Notes under the pieces: model-generated
Database searches by the model: none
The model's input: only the letters and a program-made list of their open reading frames with translations
Told to the model about the DNA's origin: nothing
Made by a program: the position numbers and the translations under genes
IMG/VR virus record: IMGVR_UViG_2516653058_000003
Location: 1 to 64,000 of that record
Length of the DNA stretch: 64,000 nt
Origin: a virus
Taxonomy: Duplodnaviria; Caudoviricetes
Strand: one strand, 5' to 3'
In this document: piece after piece, positions 47,893 to 58,000 of the stretch
Layout: each line of letters starts with the position of its first letter
Numbering within the stretch: position 1 is the stretch's first letter

Positions 47893-48203
47893 TGGCCAAA
47901 ATCATACCCCTTTTTCCAAACCGACCGCCTGACGATAAAACCCAGCCGTCAGGGAATCCCAGAACCTACACCCTGGAGCAACTTTCAAAAGGCATCGGCA
48001 TCGCGCTCCTGGTCACCAAAGACACCCTGGCCGCCCGGTTTTTGTTGGGTAAATTCAACCATGCTGTAAACTCCAGCCATTATGACATTGAGTTTACATA
48101 TCAGGAGGTTATACAGTACGCGGATTATCTGGACCCGGACAAGTCTCGACGGTACAACGAGTTGGCCATACAATTACTTCATGCGTACTATTCCACTCCC
48201 TGA
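47889..48203 (+). CDS. Hypothetical protein
   Basis: 104 aa, GAGGAG RBS. Confidence 0.6.
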   Translation: MMAKIIPLFPNRPPDDKTQPSGNPRTYTLEQLSKGIGIALLVTKDTLAARFLLGKFNHAVNSSHYDIEFTYQEVIQYADYLDPDKSRRYNELAIQLLHAYYSTP

Positions 48204-48221
48204 GTTTTTAAAGTAATCTAT

Positions 48222-48264
48222 TGATCCCCGGTGCAGCACACACTGGGGATCACATACCGGAGAC
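48222..48264 (+). promoter_or_regulatory. CAGCAC hairpin plus ACCGGAGAC RBS
   Basis: 12-bp stem with one G-U; motif at 48256. Confidence 0.88.
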
Positions 48265-48268
48265 GAAC

Positions 48269-48358
48269 ATGACACACCCATCAGCCCAGCTATGGGCAAT
48301 AAGTCCTTATTGCCTTTCAAATCTCCAAACATGGACACCTAGAATTTTTAAGGGGTAG
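48269..48358 (+). CDS. 29-aa leader ORF before the primase
   Basis: ATG at proper spacing from ACCGGAGAC; TAG ends 3 nt before the primase GTG, same frame. Confidence 0.45.
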   Translation: MTHPSAQLWAISPYCLSNLQTWTPRIFKG

Positions 48359-48361
48359 GCT

Positions 48362-51223
48362 GTGGCTGCCTACCGATATTATCGAACCGTCGCCGAAGGG
48401 CCGGCGAAATGGCACGTTTGCCTGGAATCCGAAGCAGAAGAAATCGCCAGGACATCCGCCATGCACATGGTGCCGTGGTGTGTGGACTCCCCCATTGAAG
48501 ATGGTGTCACCGAAATCTCCAAGCTCCGCTACTTCGGGGATCTGGTCATTGATATTGACCATGGAAAATCGTCAGACACGGAAGCAGAATTGGTGCCGGC
48601 CATTGAAGCCTCCATAAAATCAGCTAATCAAATTATCGAGTGGTTTGCCGAACGCTGTGATCCGGCCCAGTTGACTATCTGGGCATCAGGGAAAAAAGGA
48701 TTCCATATCGTCATCCCGGCCAAGCTAATCCACTCCGGCAAGGCTATGATCCGTGGCCTGCCTTTAATTTATAAGGAAATGGTCAACCGGATCGAGATCG
48801 ACACCGGGGCGACCGGCATAGACAAAAGCCTTTATGCCCAAGGCCGTGGACACACGGTCAGGATTCCCAATAAGAGGCGTCCTGAGGGCACCTACAAAGT
48901 CGAGGTGTCAGTCAGGGACATGGCATTGATGACCTATGACAGATACCAGCAGCTTGTTGCTGCCCCTCGACCTCTGCTGAAACACCCTGCCCTGGCAACT
49001 TCCATACCTTTGATGTCGATGTTCAACTTGGCAAAAGCCCAGGTTGAAAACTATAAAGAAGACACGACCGTCACCGGATTAGCGGATGAAGACCTTGCTG
49101 AGTTCGGTACCGACCAACACCCTGAATGTATATCCCGCCTTGTCAACTGGGAAAAGGTCAATCCAGAGGTTAACTACAACCGACTGGCCATGCAACTGGC
49201 CATCTATCTACGGGCTGCTTCCGTACCTGCGGATACACAGGGCCTAATGGTGAAAGACTTTGCCAGAAACGGGCATTCTTCCTCTTATGACACCCCGGAA
49301 AAGAGGGAGCGTCACTTAACGATCCAAGTAGCCCCATCGACAAAGAACACGCCGTTTTCTTGCGGCGCCATGCGCTCCTCCGTGGATATGAAGGGTGCTT
49401 GCGGATCCTGCCCTATTTATCAGAAACGAGAAGCCGACTCGGCGACCTTGTCCAGGGTATTGGCTACGGATGCTGGCTACAGCATCACAAACCGGGACGG
49501 GGAACCCCGAAAACTGACCAACTTCATTCTGGATATCCAAAACTTCAATGTCCCGAAAGGGTTGCGGGGGCGTAGTTCAGAAGCTTGGACAAGTGGCGTC
49601 GCCTCCATCCACATGAACGGCAGGTGGAGCCAGGACGTGGAGTTTAGGCGTGACGCTTTCGAGAGCGCGAAGGAGTTTAAGTCCACATTCGGGGTTTTAA
49701 AACCGATGTGGATGGTGGTTAACGACAACGATGTGATGCAGATAAAAACTTACATCTGCAACTTGACTGAAGGTATGAACGGTATGAAACCAACAAATTC
49801 GGTCGGCTTGCGCCGACATTCTTTTATCCCTGATGGTTCGGACACCCCTGAAACAGAGACAGTCTGGGTAGAGCCGGGCTGGTCAATATCTTCCTCAGGG
49901 CTTACTAGCACTCTCCGCCTAATCGGGGATGTGGAATGGATGGCAAAACATGAGCACCGGCAAAGCCCTCGCCGGTTCACCCCTGAGTATAATAAAACCA
50001 TGCTGCACTTGTTAGGGTGCTCCGAACCGAAAGTAGTGGGGATGTTGTTGGGGTGGGTCATAGCCGCCCAAGTGCGTGAGTATATTTTTCAGAATGTAAA
50101 AGAGTTCCCGCTCCTCAACGTAGAAGGGGTGTCAGGGGCTGGTAAGACCAAAACCGTAGCATTGTTTGCTGCCCTCAGTTCAGCGGATTACCTCACCAAC
50201 ACCCCTCCGGTAGTTTCAGGGATGACGCCTGTACCAATGCGGATGGCAGGGACCAGTTCGACATCCGTAGTTAGGGTGTTAGATGAATGCACTAAACCTA
50301 AGTTACCTTTCCAGAAATGGATAGCAATCCGGGAGATCCTCAAAGCCAGCTCCCAACAGTCCACTGTCCAGACTGGTACGATCAAAGGTAAAACAGTGGC
50401 CGGGGAACATGGCGCCGGCATAATTCACGAAAAGGTCACGTCGCCAATGGCGTTCTTGTCCACTTGTGAAGTGGACGAGCCGGAAATTTGGAACCGGTCA
50501 ATCATCGTCAAACTGAACAAGAATCTACACCGCGTACGCGAATATGGCCGTAATTTCACCGCGTTGAACAACAACCCCAACGAATGGCAAAACTTGTTTG
50601 CCATCGCCCGCATCATTATGCTGGATGCCCTCTATCTGGCTGAAGAACCCGTGATGGGGATGTTCACTGATGTACATGAAAAAATGTCGGACATGCTTGA
50701 TAGCCGTATCCGCAATATGTATACCTGGGTTTTTACAGGCTTGACGTATATGTCCGAGGTGGTGGACAGGTGTGGCGGCTCAGAAGAAGTGGCTAAGAAA
50801 CTTGACTCAATCCATACGGAGACATGGGGTTGGTTCACCTCCAATATGGAAGGTATCCATACCCAGAAGAACCGCAATGAAATCGACATATTTTTCGAAC
50901 GCCTGGGCCAGGCGGCGGCGAAATTGGATAGCCAAGATAGGCCATGCCTACGTAAAGGTCTCCACTATATACGCGACCAGGACGTTTTATACCTACAGAT
51001 GGGCGCGTGTTTCACGGTGTATTTAGTCACATGCCGATGGCTTGGCCAGAACCCTGAATTCAACTCCGCTGAGGCGTTGGAGCAAGCCATGCAGCACGAG
51101 GAATATTTCCTTGGGAAGGAGCGGCGCGGGTCAGTGATGGGAGGACCTGTGCTGTCGTGGGTGAAGGTCAATGTGCCGAAGCTGGAAGGCCGGGACCATG
51201 ATTGTGGGAGGTTTGAGGAATGA
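48362..51223 (+). CDS. Primase-helicase (AEP primase plus C-terminal NTPase)
   Basis: VIDID and SGKKGFH AEP motifs, Cys cluster FSCGAM..CGSC, Walker A GVSGAGKT and VLDE Walker B. Confidence 0.85.
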   Translation: MAAYRYYRTVAEGPAKWHVCLESEAEEIARTSAMHMVPWCVDSPIEDGVTEISKLRYFGDLVIDIDHGKSSDTEAELVPAIEASIKSANQIIEWFAERCDPAQLTIWASGKKGFHIVIPAKLIHSGKAMIRGLPLIYKEMVNRIEIDTGATGIDKSLYAQGRGHTVRIPNKRRPEGTYKVEVSVRDMALMTYDRYQQLVAAPRPLLKHPALATSIPLMSMFNLAKAQVENYKEDTTVTGLADEDLAEFGTDQHPECISRLVNWEKVNPEVNYNRLAMQLAIYLRAASVPADTQGLMVKDFARNGHSSSYDTPEKRERHLTIQVAPSTKNTPFSCGAMRSSVDMKGACGSCPIYQKREADSATLSRVLATDAGYSITNRDGEPRKLTNFILDIQNFNVPKGLRGRSSEAWTSGVASIHMNGRWSQDVEFRRDAFESAKEFKSTFGVLKPMWMVVNDNDVMQIKTYICNLTEGMNGMKPTNSVGLRRHSFIPDGSDTPETETVWVEPGWSISSSGLTSTLRLIGDVEWMAKHEHRQSPRRFTPEYNKTMLHLLGCSEPKVVGMLLGWVIAAQVREYIFQNVKEFPLLNVEGVSGAGKTKTVALFAALSSADYLTNTPPVVSGMTPVPMRMAGTSSTSVVRVLDECTKPKLPFQKWIAIREILKASSQQSTVQTGTIKGKTVAGEHGAGIIHEKVTSPMAFLSTCEVDEPEIWNRSIIVKLNKNLHRVREYGRNFTALNNNPNEWQNLFAIARIIMLDALYLAEEPVMGMFTDVHEKMSDMLDSRIRNMYTWVFTGLTYMSEVVDRCGGSEEVAKKLDSIHTETWGWFTSNMEGIHTQKNRNEIDIFFERLGQAAAKLDSQDRPCLRKGLHYIRDQDVLYLQMGACFTVYLVTCRWLGQNPEFNSAEALEQAMQHEEYFLGKERRGSVMGGPVLSWVKVNVPKLEGRDHDCGRFEE

Positions 51224-52902
51224 TCCAACACTCCTTGGCCGCTTTCTTCGAAGCCGCTTTGATCACGGACTACCCTGACTGGGCACACGCAGTTGCGGTG
51301 GCACCGTCCGGCAACCCCAACTACGCCCCACGCCGATACCAAGTCACAGGCTTAAACCACCTGGCCACCAATCTGCCAAGGGCGGCGAACTATGACGACT
51401 GCGGGACCGGTAAGACCTTACAGCTGCAGGCGTATATGCTGTGGCTGGTGGGTGCCGGTAACAAAGGCGTTGCCATTATGCCACCTGCTTTGGTCGTGCA
51501 GTTTTTTAACTCGTTTGCCAGGGATTTTCCAGGGGTGCAGGACTTCGTCCGTTTCGGGATGGTAAATGGGGAGCGGCATACACGCCAGAAACAGATCTCT
51601 GCGTTCAACGCCGCAGGTTGGCCGGACGTTGTGGTCATGTCGTACGAGACCTTCTTAGGAAACGAATATGACCGGCAGGATGTGAGCCGCTTTAAAAAAG
51701 CGTACAAAGATGCGGGTTTGAAAATAAAACCTTCGGACTGGCGGCGATTCCAACAAGACCAAGCCGTAGCGGGAAACCCTTACCAATATTTTCAAGGGGG
51801 GGAAGTCACCGCGCTCAATTTAAAAGGCGCCGCACTAAAAGGCTTAGGCTATAGCTTCCTAGTATGTGATGAGGCTCATAAACTCAAGAACCCTGCTTCT
51901 AAGATCCACCAAGCGGTGTGTGACTATGTCCAACCGGACCTGGGGGACGGCAGTAACGGCCTTACCTTAGCCACTGGCAGCCCCATCGAAACCAACGTCG
52001 AGGACGCATACGGGCTGATTAAGCTGATAGACCCTACCCGGTACGGCAGTGTCAGGGCATTTGAGTCTATGCACTGCGTGTTGCTGCCAAACACCCAGTT
52101 TAGAAAAGTTATCGGATACCAAAACCTGGATCACTTATACCGGGTACTGTATTCGAAAGGACGGCGTGTCACTAAGCAGCAAGCGTTCCCCGATATGCCG
52201 ACGCGGCTGGTAACCGAGGTGGCGGTGACATTAAGCCCACCCCACCGTGCCTTGTACAAGAAATTGGTAAGCGAAAGGGTGTTGGAGTTAGGGGACGGCT
52301 TGATAGACGCCACTCAACAACAAAGCCTATATAACTTTTCTCAGCGTATCTTGATCTGCCCAAACCAATTTACAGATAAACCAATCAAAGACAACACCAT
52401 GTTGACAGCCATCGACGACTTATTAGATTCAATAGGGGAGCAGAAAATCATCGTGTTCGCCTGGTATCAGGAGTCCGTGGCGGCAATAGCCGGACACCTC
52501 AAACACCGTAACCCCGTCATTATCAACGGCACAGTGACCAACAACCAACGGGAGGCGGCCAAAATTGCGTTCATTAAGGATCCAAAATGTAAGGCGCTAG
52601 TCGCCAACCCCAAAAGTGGAGGTGTTGGGTTGGACGGGTTCCAGCACGTCTGTTCCTACGCAATTTTTGCCGATATATGTCCGCATCCAGGGGCTTTTGA
52701 CCAAGCAGTCTCCCGTCTCGACCGATCTGGGCAAACCGAAACCACTAACATTTATTTGCTAGTTCCGACAGGCACAGTGGCAGTTAAGCTGCGCAATGAT
52801 TTATGCCGTAAAGAAAGCAATGCCAACGAAGTTGTGCAAGACAAAAAAGCCTTGATCTCCGAGCTGTTGGGGGAACAAGGGCTACAGGGTTCACTAGCGT
52901 AG
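51220..52902 (+). CDS. SNF2-family helicase
   Basis: DDCGTGKT, DEAH, TGSP and helicase-C motifs (GGVGL, QAVSRLDRSGQ). Confidence 0.92.
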   Translation: MIQHSLAAFFEAALITDYPDWAHAVAVAPSGNPNYAPRRYQVTGLNHLATNLPRAANYDDCGTGKTLQLQAYMLWLVGAGNKGVAIMPPALVVQFFNSFARDFPGVQDFVRFGMVNGERHTRQKQISAFNAAGWPDVVVMSYETFLGNEYDRQDVSRFKKAYKDAGLKIKPSDWRRFQQDQAVAGNPYQYFQGGEVTALNLKGAALKGLGYSFLVCDEAHKLKNPASKIHQAVCDYVQPDLGDGSNGLTLATGSPIETNVEDAYGLIKLIDPTRYGSVRAFESMHCVLLPNTQFRKVIGYQNLDHLYRVLYSKGRRVTKQQAFPDMPTRLVTEVAVTLSPPHRALYKKLVSERVLELGDGLIDATQQQSLYNFSQRILICPNQFTDKPIKDNTMLTAIDDLLDSIGEQKIIVFAWYQESVAAIAGHLKHRNPVIINGTVTNNQREAAKIAFIKDPKCKALVANPKSGGVGLDGFQHVCSYAIFADICPHPGAFDQAVSRLDRSGQTETTNIYLLVPTGTVAVKLRNDLCRKESNANEVVQDKKALISELLGEQGLQGSLA

Positions 52903-52910
52903 GAGTTAAT

Positions 52911-53060
52911 ATGGGGATCATAACAGTTGCGAGAGTCAGAGGGGTTGTCCGTCAAACACTACCTGACGGCACAACGTGCGAAATTGAAGACAAAACCGAT
53001 TGGGCTAGGTTAGAAGCCATGACCGATGAAGAAATTGAAGCTGTAGTTTTTGATGAATAA
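52911..53060 (+). CDS. 49-aa protein ending in a BrnA-antitoxin-like N-terminal motif
   Basis: AGGAG RBS; TDWARLEAMTDEEIEA; not in ORF track. Confidence 0.55.
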   Translation: MGIITVARVRGVVRQTLPDGTTCEIEDKTDWARLEAMTDEEIEAVVFDE

Positions 53061-53409
53061 CATTTCTGAAAAAGACAACCCTCTAGGTATTGAAGTTGGA
53101 GATATTGTTAAGTGCTTTGAGCATTTAAAAACAGGTGTTCGGTATTCAGATGGGGTATGTAAAGCAGCCACTGCCCGATTGACAATTGGCAGAGTGGAGA
53201 AAGGCAGAGTTTACTGTGTAGATCATGTCAACGGCCCAACGTTGGTGATCTATGTGAGTATCTTGTCCGGGTATTTATTCGAACACCCTTACTACCTTAC
53301 ATATAAACATTTCTGGCACATAGTGTCTCTGCGTGACCAATACACCACGGAGATATTTTATAAGCACAACGATCCACTGATAAAGGAGTTATATGGAACA
53401 GATAGGTAA
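53053..53409 (+). CDS. Hypothetical protein
   Basis: 118 aa, overlapping its neighbours. Confidence 0.6.
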   Translation: MNNISEKDNPLGIEVGDIVKCFEHLKTGVRYSDGVCKAATARLTIGRVEKGRVYCVDHVNGPTLVIYVSILSGYLFEHPYYLTYKHFWHIVSLRDQYTTEIFYKHNDPLIKELYGTDR

Positions 53410-54016
53410 AAAGATTACCGGCTACCAAGTAAAAACCACAGCAGCTGAACCTCTGCCAACTGTGCAGCAGATGCACGAGGATCTGAAACGGCCTGATGTG
53501 TTGCTGGGCAGCACCTACAAAGTGAAAACGCCGCAATCGGATCATGCGTTGTACATCACCATCAACGACATGGTTTTGAACCAAGGCACCGCCCAAGAGG
53601 AGCTCCACCCTTACGAGATATTCCTGAACTCTAAGAATATGGAAAATTTTCAATGGGTTTTGGCCTTGACGCGGGGTATTTCGGCGGTGTTTCGTAAAGG
53701 AGGTGATGTGTGCTTCCTTGTGGAGGAGTTGCGTGCCATCTTTGACCCAAAAGGAGGGTACTTTAAAAAAGGCGGGGTATTTATGCCGTCACTGGTGGCG
53801 GAGATTGGGTTAGTGATTGAAACCCACTTAAAGTCTATTGGCAGACTTAAGCCGGAGCCAATGGATACGGCACGGATGCAGTTTATTGGGACGAAATTAA
53901 ATCAAACTGGGTTTCTACCGGCGGCGATACTGTGTAACAAATGTATGGCGAAAGCTGTAACAGTCATGGACGGGTGCCAAACCTGCTTAAATTGCGGGGA
54001 TAGCAAGTGTGGGTAG
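53393..54016 (+). CDS. Stand-alone NrdJb-like (class II RNR C-terminal, TSCPD-type) protein
   Basis: RPDVLLGSTYKVKTPQSDHALYITIND, PYEIFLNSKN, MPSLVAEIG and terminal CxxC..GCQTCLNCGDSKCG. Confidence 0.8.
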   Translation: MEQIGKKITGYQVKTTAAEPLPTVQQMHEDLKRPDVLLGSTYKVKTPQSDHALYITINDMVLNQGTAQEELHPYEIFLNSKNMENFQWVLALTRGISAVFRKGGDVCFLVEELRAIFDPKGGYFKKGGVFMPSLVAEIGLVIETHLKSIGRLKPEPMDTARMQFIGTKLNQTGFLPAAILCNKCMAKAVTVMDGCQTCLNCGDSKCG

Positions 54017-54141
54017 ATTCCCAAAACAATAACCGGAGACAACAAATCCAGGCTAGTAACAATTGAACCCAGCACACCACACCCGCAAAGGACGGGTTAT
54101 TTAATCCTTTACCGTAATTTTTTAACAACTGGAGACACAAA

Positions 54142-54966
54142 ATGGCTTTATTAAAACCTGTAGTACCTGTTACAACCTTACCTGAAACTGAAACCGTGCC
54201 TGTCGCATCAGTTCAGGAAACTACAACACACACCCCTACCGTGGACCCTGTGGTGCTCGAAACATTTGCGCCGTTGGAATCATCAGCCCCAGCCCAACAG
54301 TTGGCCGAAGTCCCTGCAACTAACACAGCCGTGGCCACAACTTCCCCACCGGCAGAACCTGTGTCGGGAGGGCATCTTACGATGAGGGATTTCTCTGAGG
54401 CCGGTTTCAACGGCCTTATCGTTGACTCCCGTACATTTCCGATCATCAACCTGAAGAATGACGGCCACTTCAAGGACATGGATGATTTTGATTATGGTAC
54501 GGAAATGCGCGGGCGGCTTCTCTCCTCCGCAGAGAAGATCGTGATGACTGCGAAATACCCAGACCCGTATAAACCAGGAACAAACCTGGAAGACGTGGTG
54601 TTTTGCATTGACGAAACTCGCCTTGCGTCTGGCCGGCTGGTTTCCGATTGGAAAGAAGAAATGGTTAAACGCGGTGGTTCTTCCCAATTTGGAACAACGT
54701 TCGAAGAGCGCCGTTACACAGACGTGTTAGTGGTGGTTGACCAGCCGGGAGTCGAGTACGACGGTGAAATGCGTATCTGGTCTATTGCGCCGACATCCCG
54801 TGGCCGCCTGACAGGGGTTCTAAACATCATGGCAGCAAAAGCCGGATGGAAAACAGCCCAGGAACTGAAGGAACATATGTCGGAAAAAGTGGTGGTGGCA
54901 AGCGTTGGGGCAGCGGTGCCACATGATAAAGGGTCGTTCTATCCTTGGAACTTCAAGGCGCTATAA
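54142..54966 (+). CDS. Putative ssDNA-binding/replication accessory protein
   Basis: Pro/Thr/Glu-rich N-terminal tail and beta-rich core ending FYPWNFK; directly upstream of the polymerase. Confidence 0.5.
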   Translation: MALLKPVVPVTTLPETETVPVASVQETTTHTPTVDPVVLETFAPLESSAPAQQLAEVPATNTAVATTSPPAEPVSGGHLTMRDFSEAGFNGLIVDSRTFPIINLKNDGHFKDMDDFDYGTEMRGRLLSSAEKIVMTAKYPDPYKPGTNLEDVVFCIDETRLASGRLVSDWKEEMVKRGGSSQFGTTFEERRYTDVLVVVDQPGVEYDGEMRIWSIAPTSRGRLTGVLNIMAAKAGWKTAQELKEHMSEKVVVASVGAAVPHDKGSFYPWNFKAL

Positions 54967-54983
54967 CCCACTGATACCCCTAC

Positions 54984-55030
54984 CCCCTACACCCAGCACG
55001 GTGTAGGGGAGTTTTACATTAACCGGAGAT
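54984..55030 (+). promoter_or_regulatory. CAGCAC hairpin plus ACCGGAGAT RBS
   Basis: CCCCTACACC-CAGCAC-GGTGTAGGGG. Confidence 0.88.
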
Positions 55031-55035
55031 AATTA

Positions 55036-58000
55036 ATGAACATCAAGACCCTGTTCGATTTACGGGGTATGGTTATCCATGCCTTAAATGCCAGCACCGA
55101 CCGTGAACCCATCACACTCCCCAGCGGTGAAAAGGCCAACAGCGTTGGCCACTGCCTCAATAATTTTATTGAGATGTACCTGCTGCCAACCATACAAGAA
55201 ACCCGCCTGAACGATATTATTGCTGTCAGAGACGGCGGCAATGAATACCGTAAAGCACTGTATCCTGAATACAAAGCCAACCGGGCAGGTAAAGACCCGG
55301 AGCTGTCAATCCACCATAGCAATTGCGTCAATGCCGTTATTGACCTTTTAAAAGGCCTGGGCATACCGGTTGCCGAAATCCCTGGAGTTGAGGCGGATGA
55401 CATCCTGGCCTATCTGGTAGAGAAATTACCAGGTCCTAAGATGATTTACACAGTAGACCAGGACCTACTGCAACTGTCCTCCCCCGACTGCCTGGTTTTT
55501 TTGAAAACCCAAATCAACACCGACGGGTACGCCCTTTATAACTGCAGCGGATCCAGCAAGCAACTGTTGATGACGGTTCATCCACGGCATGTGGCCTTGC
55601 TGAAATCCATTGTTGGGGATTCGTCGGATAATTATGGCGGCGTAAAAGGCGTGGGGCCTGTGGCCTTTGCCAAACTAGCAGAAGTCTACGGATTGGATGG
55701 GTTAGATGAATTGTGTTCAATTATTAGTAAGGATGGTTATGCCACCTTACAAGAAGTCATCAACCAAACAGGGGACAAAACCTTGGTGGCCTTGTTTGAG
55801 CGCCGTGACGAGTGGAAACTAGGCTGGAATCTGGCCAACCTGGCCCCGCAGCTGGTCGGCGAGCGTAAAACCACCAAGTTCAATAACATCATTTGGACGA
55901 AGCGCCTGCCCAGTCCAGAGCGTGTCAACCGCATCTTGGCTGAACATGGTTGCGGGTATCTCTACCCAAAACTAAAACCGGTACTCCCAACGAAAACACT
56001 GATTACAGCGGACAACATGCCGCCATTGTCTCGTTTTGAAAGTGCGTTCAAACAATCCGAAGTCATCGCCGTTGACTGGGAGACCACGGATTACCTACAG
56101 CACCAACCTTTTCGTGATGCAACCAAAGGCCGTGAATTTGTTGACATGCTATCTGCCAAATTGACAGGGTCGGGTTTTACCTTCGGGCGAAATTACGAAC
56201 ACACAATATATGTGTCGTATGACCATGCAGACACTAATAATTTGCCACGGGAAACGCTGCTGGATTTACTGGGGGTGATACCGGACGAATCAGTTATAGC
56301 TATTCAAAACTGCCTACCTGGGGATGTGGAGGTTCTAACTAGAGATGGTTGGGCGTGTATAAAGGACACGAATTGCAGCCAAGAAATTATGCAATGGGAT
56401 AGTACAACAGGAGAGTTGTCTTTTGCCCATCCGACACAGAAAGTAGAGGCGGACGCTGACACTCTTTTGAAGTGGGACACGTTGTACCACTCTTGTACCT
56501 ACACACCAGAGCATCGAATGTACTTCCAATCAAATCACTGCTTCCCTAAGTGGAAGGCGGAACCTTGTAAGCAAGTATCTGAGTATCATCCGAATACTGT
56601 ATACATCCCTCTAGCAGGCATATACAACCACCCTTCTGTTCAATTGACGGAGGCCGAGGCTCGGCTATTGGAAGCGATACGGGCCGATGGGCATTTCCCT
56701 GTGAACAGATCTAAGCAGATTAAGTTTCACTTCATAAAACAACGAAAGATAGACCGGCTCCTAGAATTGTGTAGGGAGGCAGGGATCGAGACTGTTGTAG
56801 TTAAAGAAACAGATGGGTCGGTGCGTGTAACACTACAATCAAGCTCTTTGGTAGGTAAGTTTAGAAGCTTACTGGGGGTAGAACGACGTTACACAAAAAC
56901 TCTGGTACTGTCTTTGGATATAAAGGCCAGAGAATATATCCTTGATGAGGTTAAGTTTTGGGACGGAGGCTCTGTATATAAGAAAGGTGCTCACTTTTAT
57001 TCAATAGATGTGGAGACTGTGGACGCGATCCAATTAATGGCTCATATATCTGGGTGGCGGTGTTCTGGTTCATGGGGGGGGAATAAAAAGGGGTATGGGC
57101 TACTAAACGGTAAAAACATCTTTAGAGGGACACTGTACCCAAGATCACGAGCCAAATTAATGCAGACCCCTGTTGAGGTGCCACATAACGGAAAAGTATT
57201 TTGTTTTTCTGTACCTTCTGGGGCGTTTATGGTGCGTTCGAAAGGCAAGATACATATTACCGGAAACTGTATGTTCGAAAATACAGTGCTCCGCTGCAAT
57301 TTTAATGGTGCCTTTCTGACGAATTGCCACGACACCAAGGTGATGGCTAGCTACGTCGATGAAAACCAACCGGCAGGCTTAAAAGACCGGGCATTACTAC
57401 ACCTCAACTACAGACAAACCCATTACGGTGATGTGATCGCCAAAGGCAAAACGATGTCCGACTACTCCGCCGAGCATGTGTTCCAATACGGCGCAGACGA
57501 CCCGCTAGTCACTGCCCACTTATATGATTTCTACAAAATGATCATGCAGATCGAAGGCACGTTTGACTTCTGTGTGGCCAATGAAATGGAACCTATTGAG
57601 ATGATCTCGGAAGGGTTCATCGCCGGGGTGTCGGTGGATTGGGATGAATTGGAACGGCAAGGCATTGAAGACCGCAAAACTTTGGATGAGTCCATCGTTA
57701 AGATCAGGGAGCTGATCGTAGCAAACCAAACTGAAGAGACCATCGAATCCGGTGTTGACCGTATCTACTCGGAAGATGTTGAAGAAGTGGTGGCGCGGGT
57801 CAATACCGACTTCAAGGCGGGCAAATTTAACGGCCTGGCCGACCCGGCAGAGCTGGTTCGTGACCGTGAGATTTCCGCCAAATCTATTGCCCTGCGGAAG
57901 AAGTTGGAAGGGTTGGTAACCTATCAGCCGTATGTCGAAACGTCCGTTGATGCCGCCATTGATATGACCCCGTCCGACATCAACCCCCTGCTGGAAGGTC

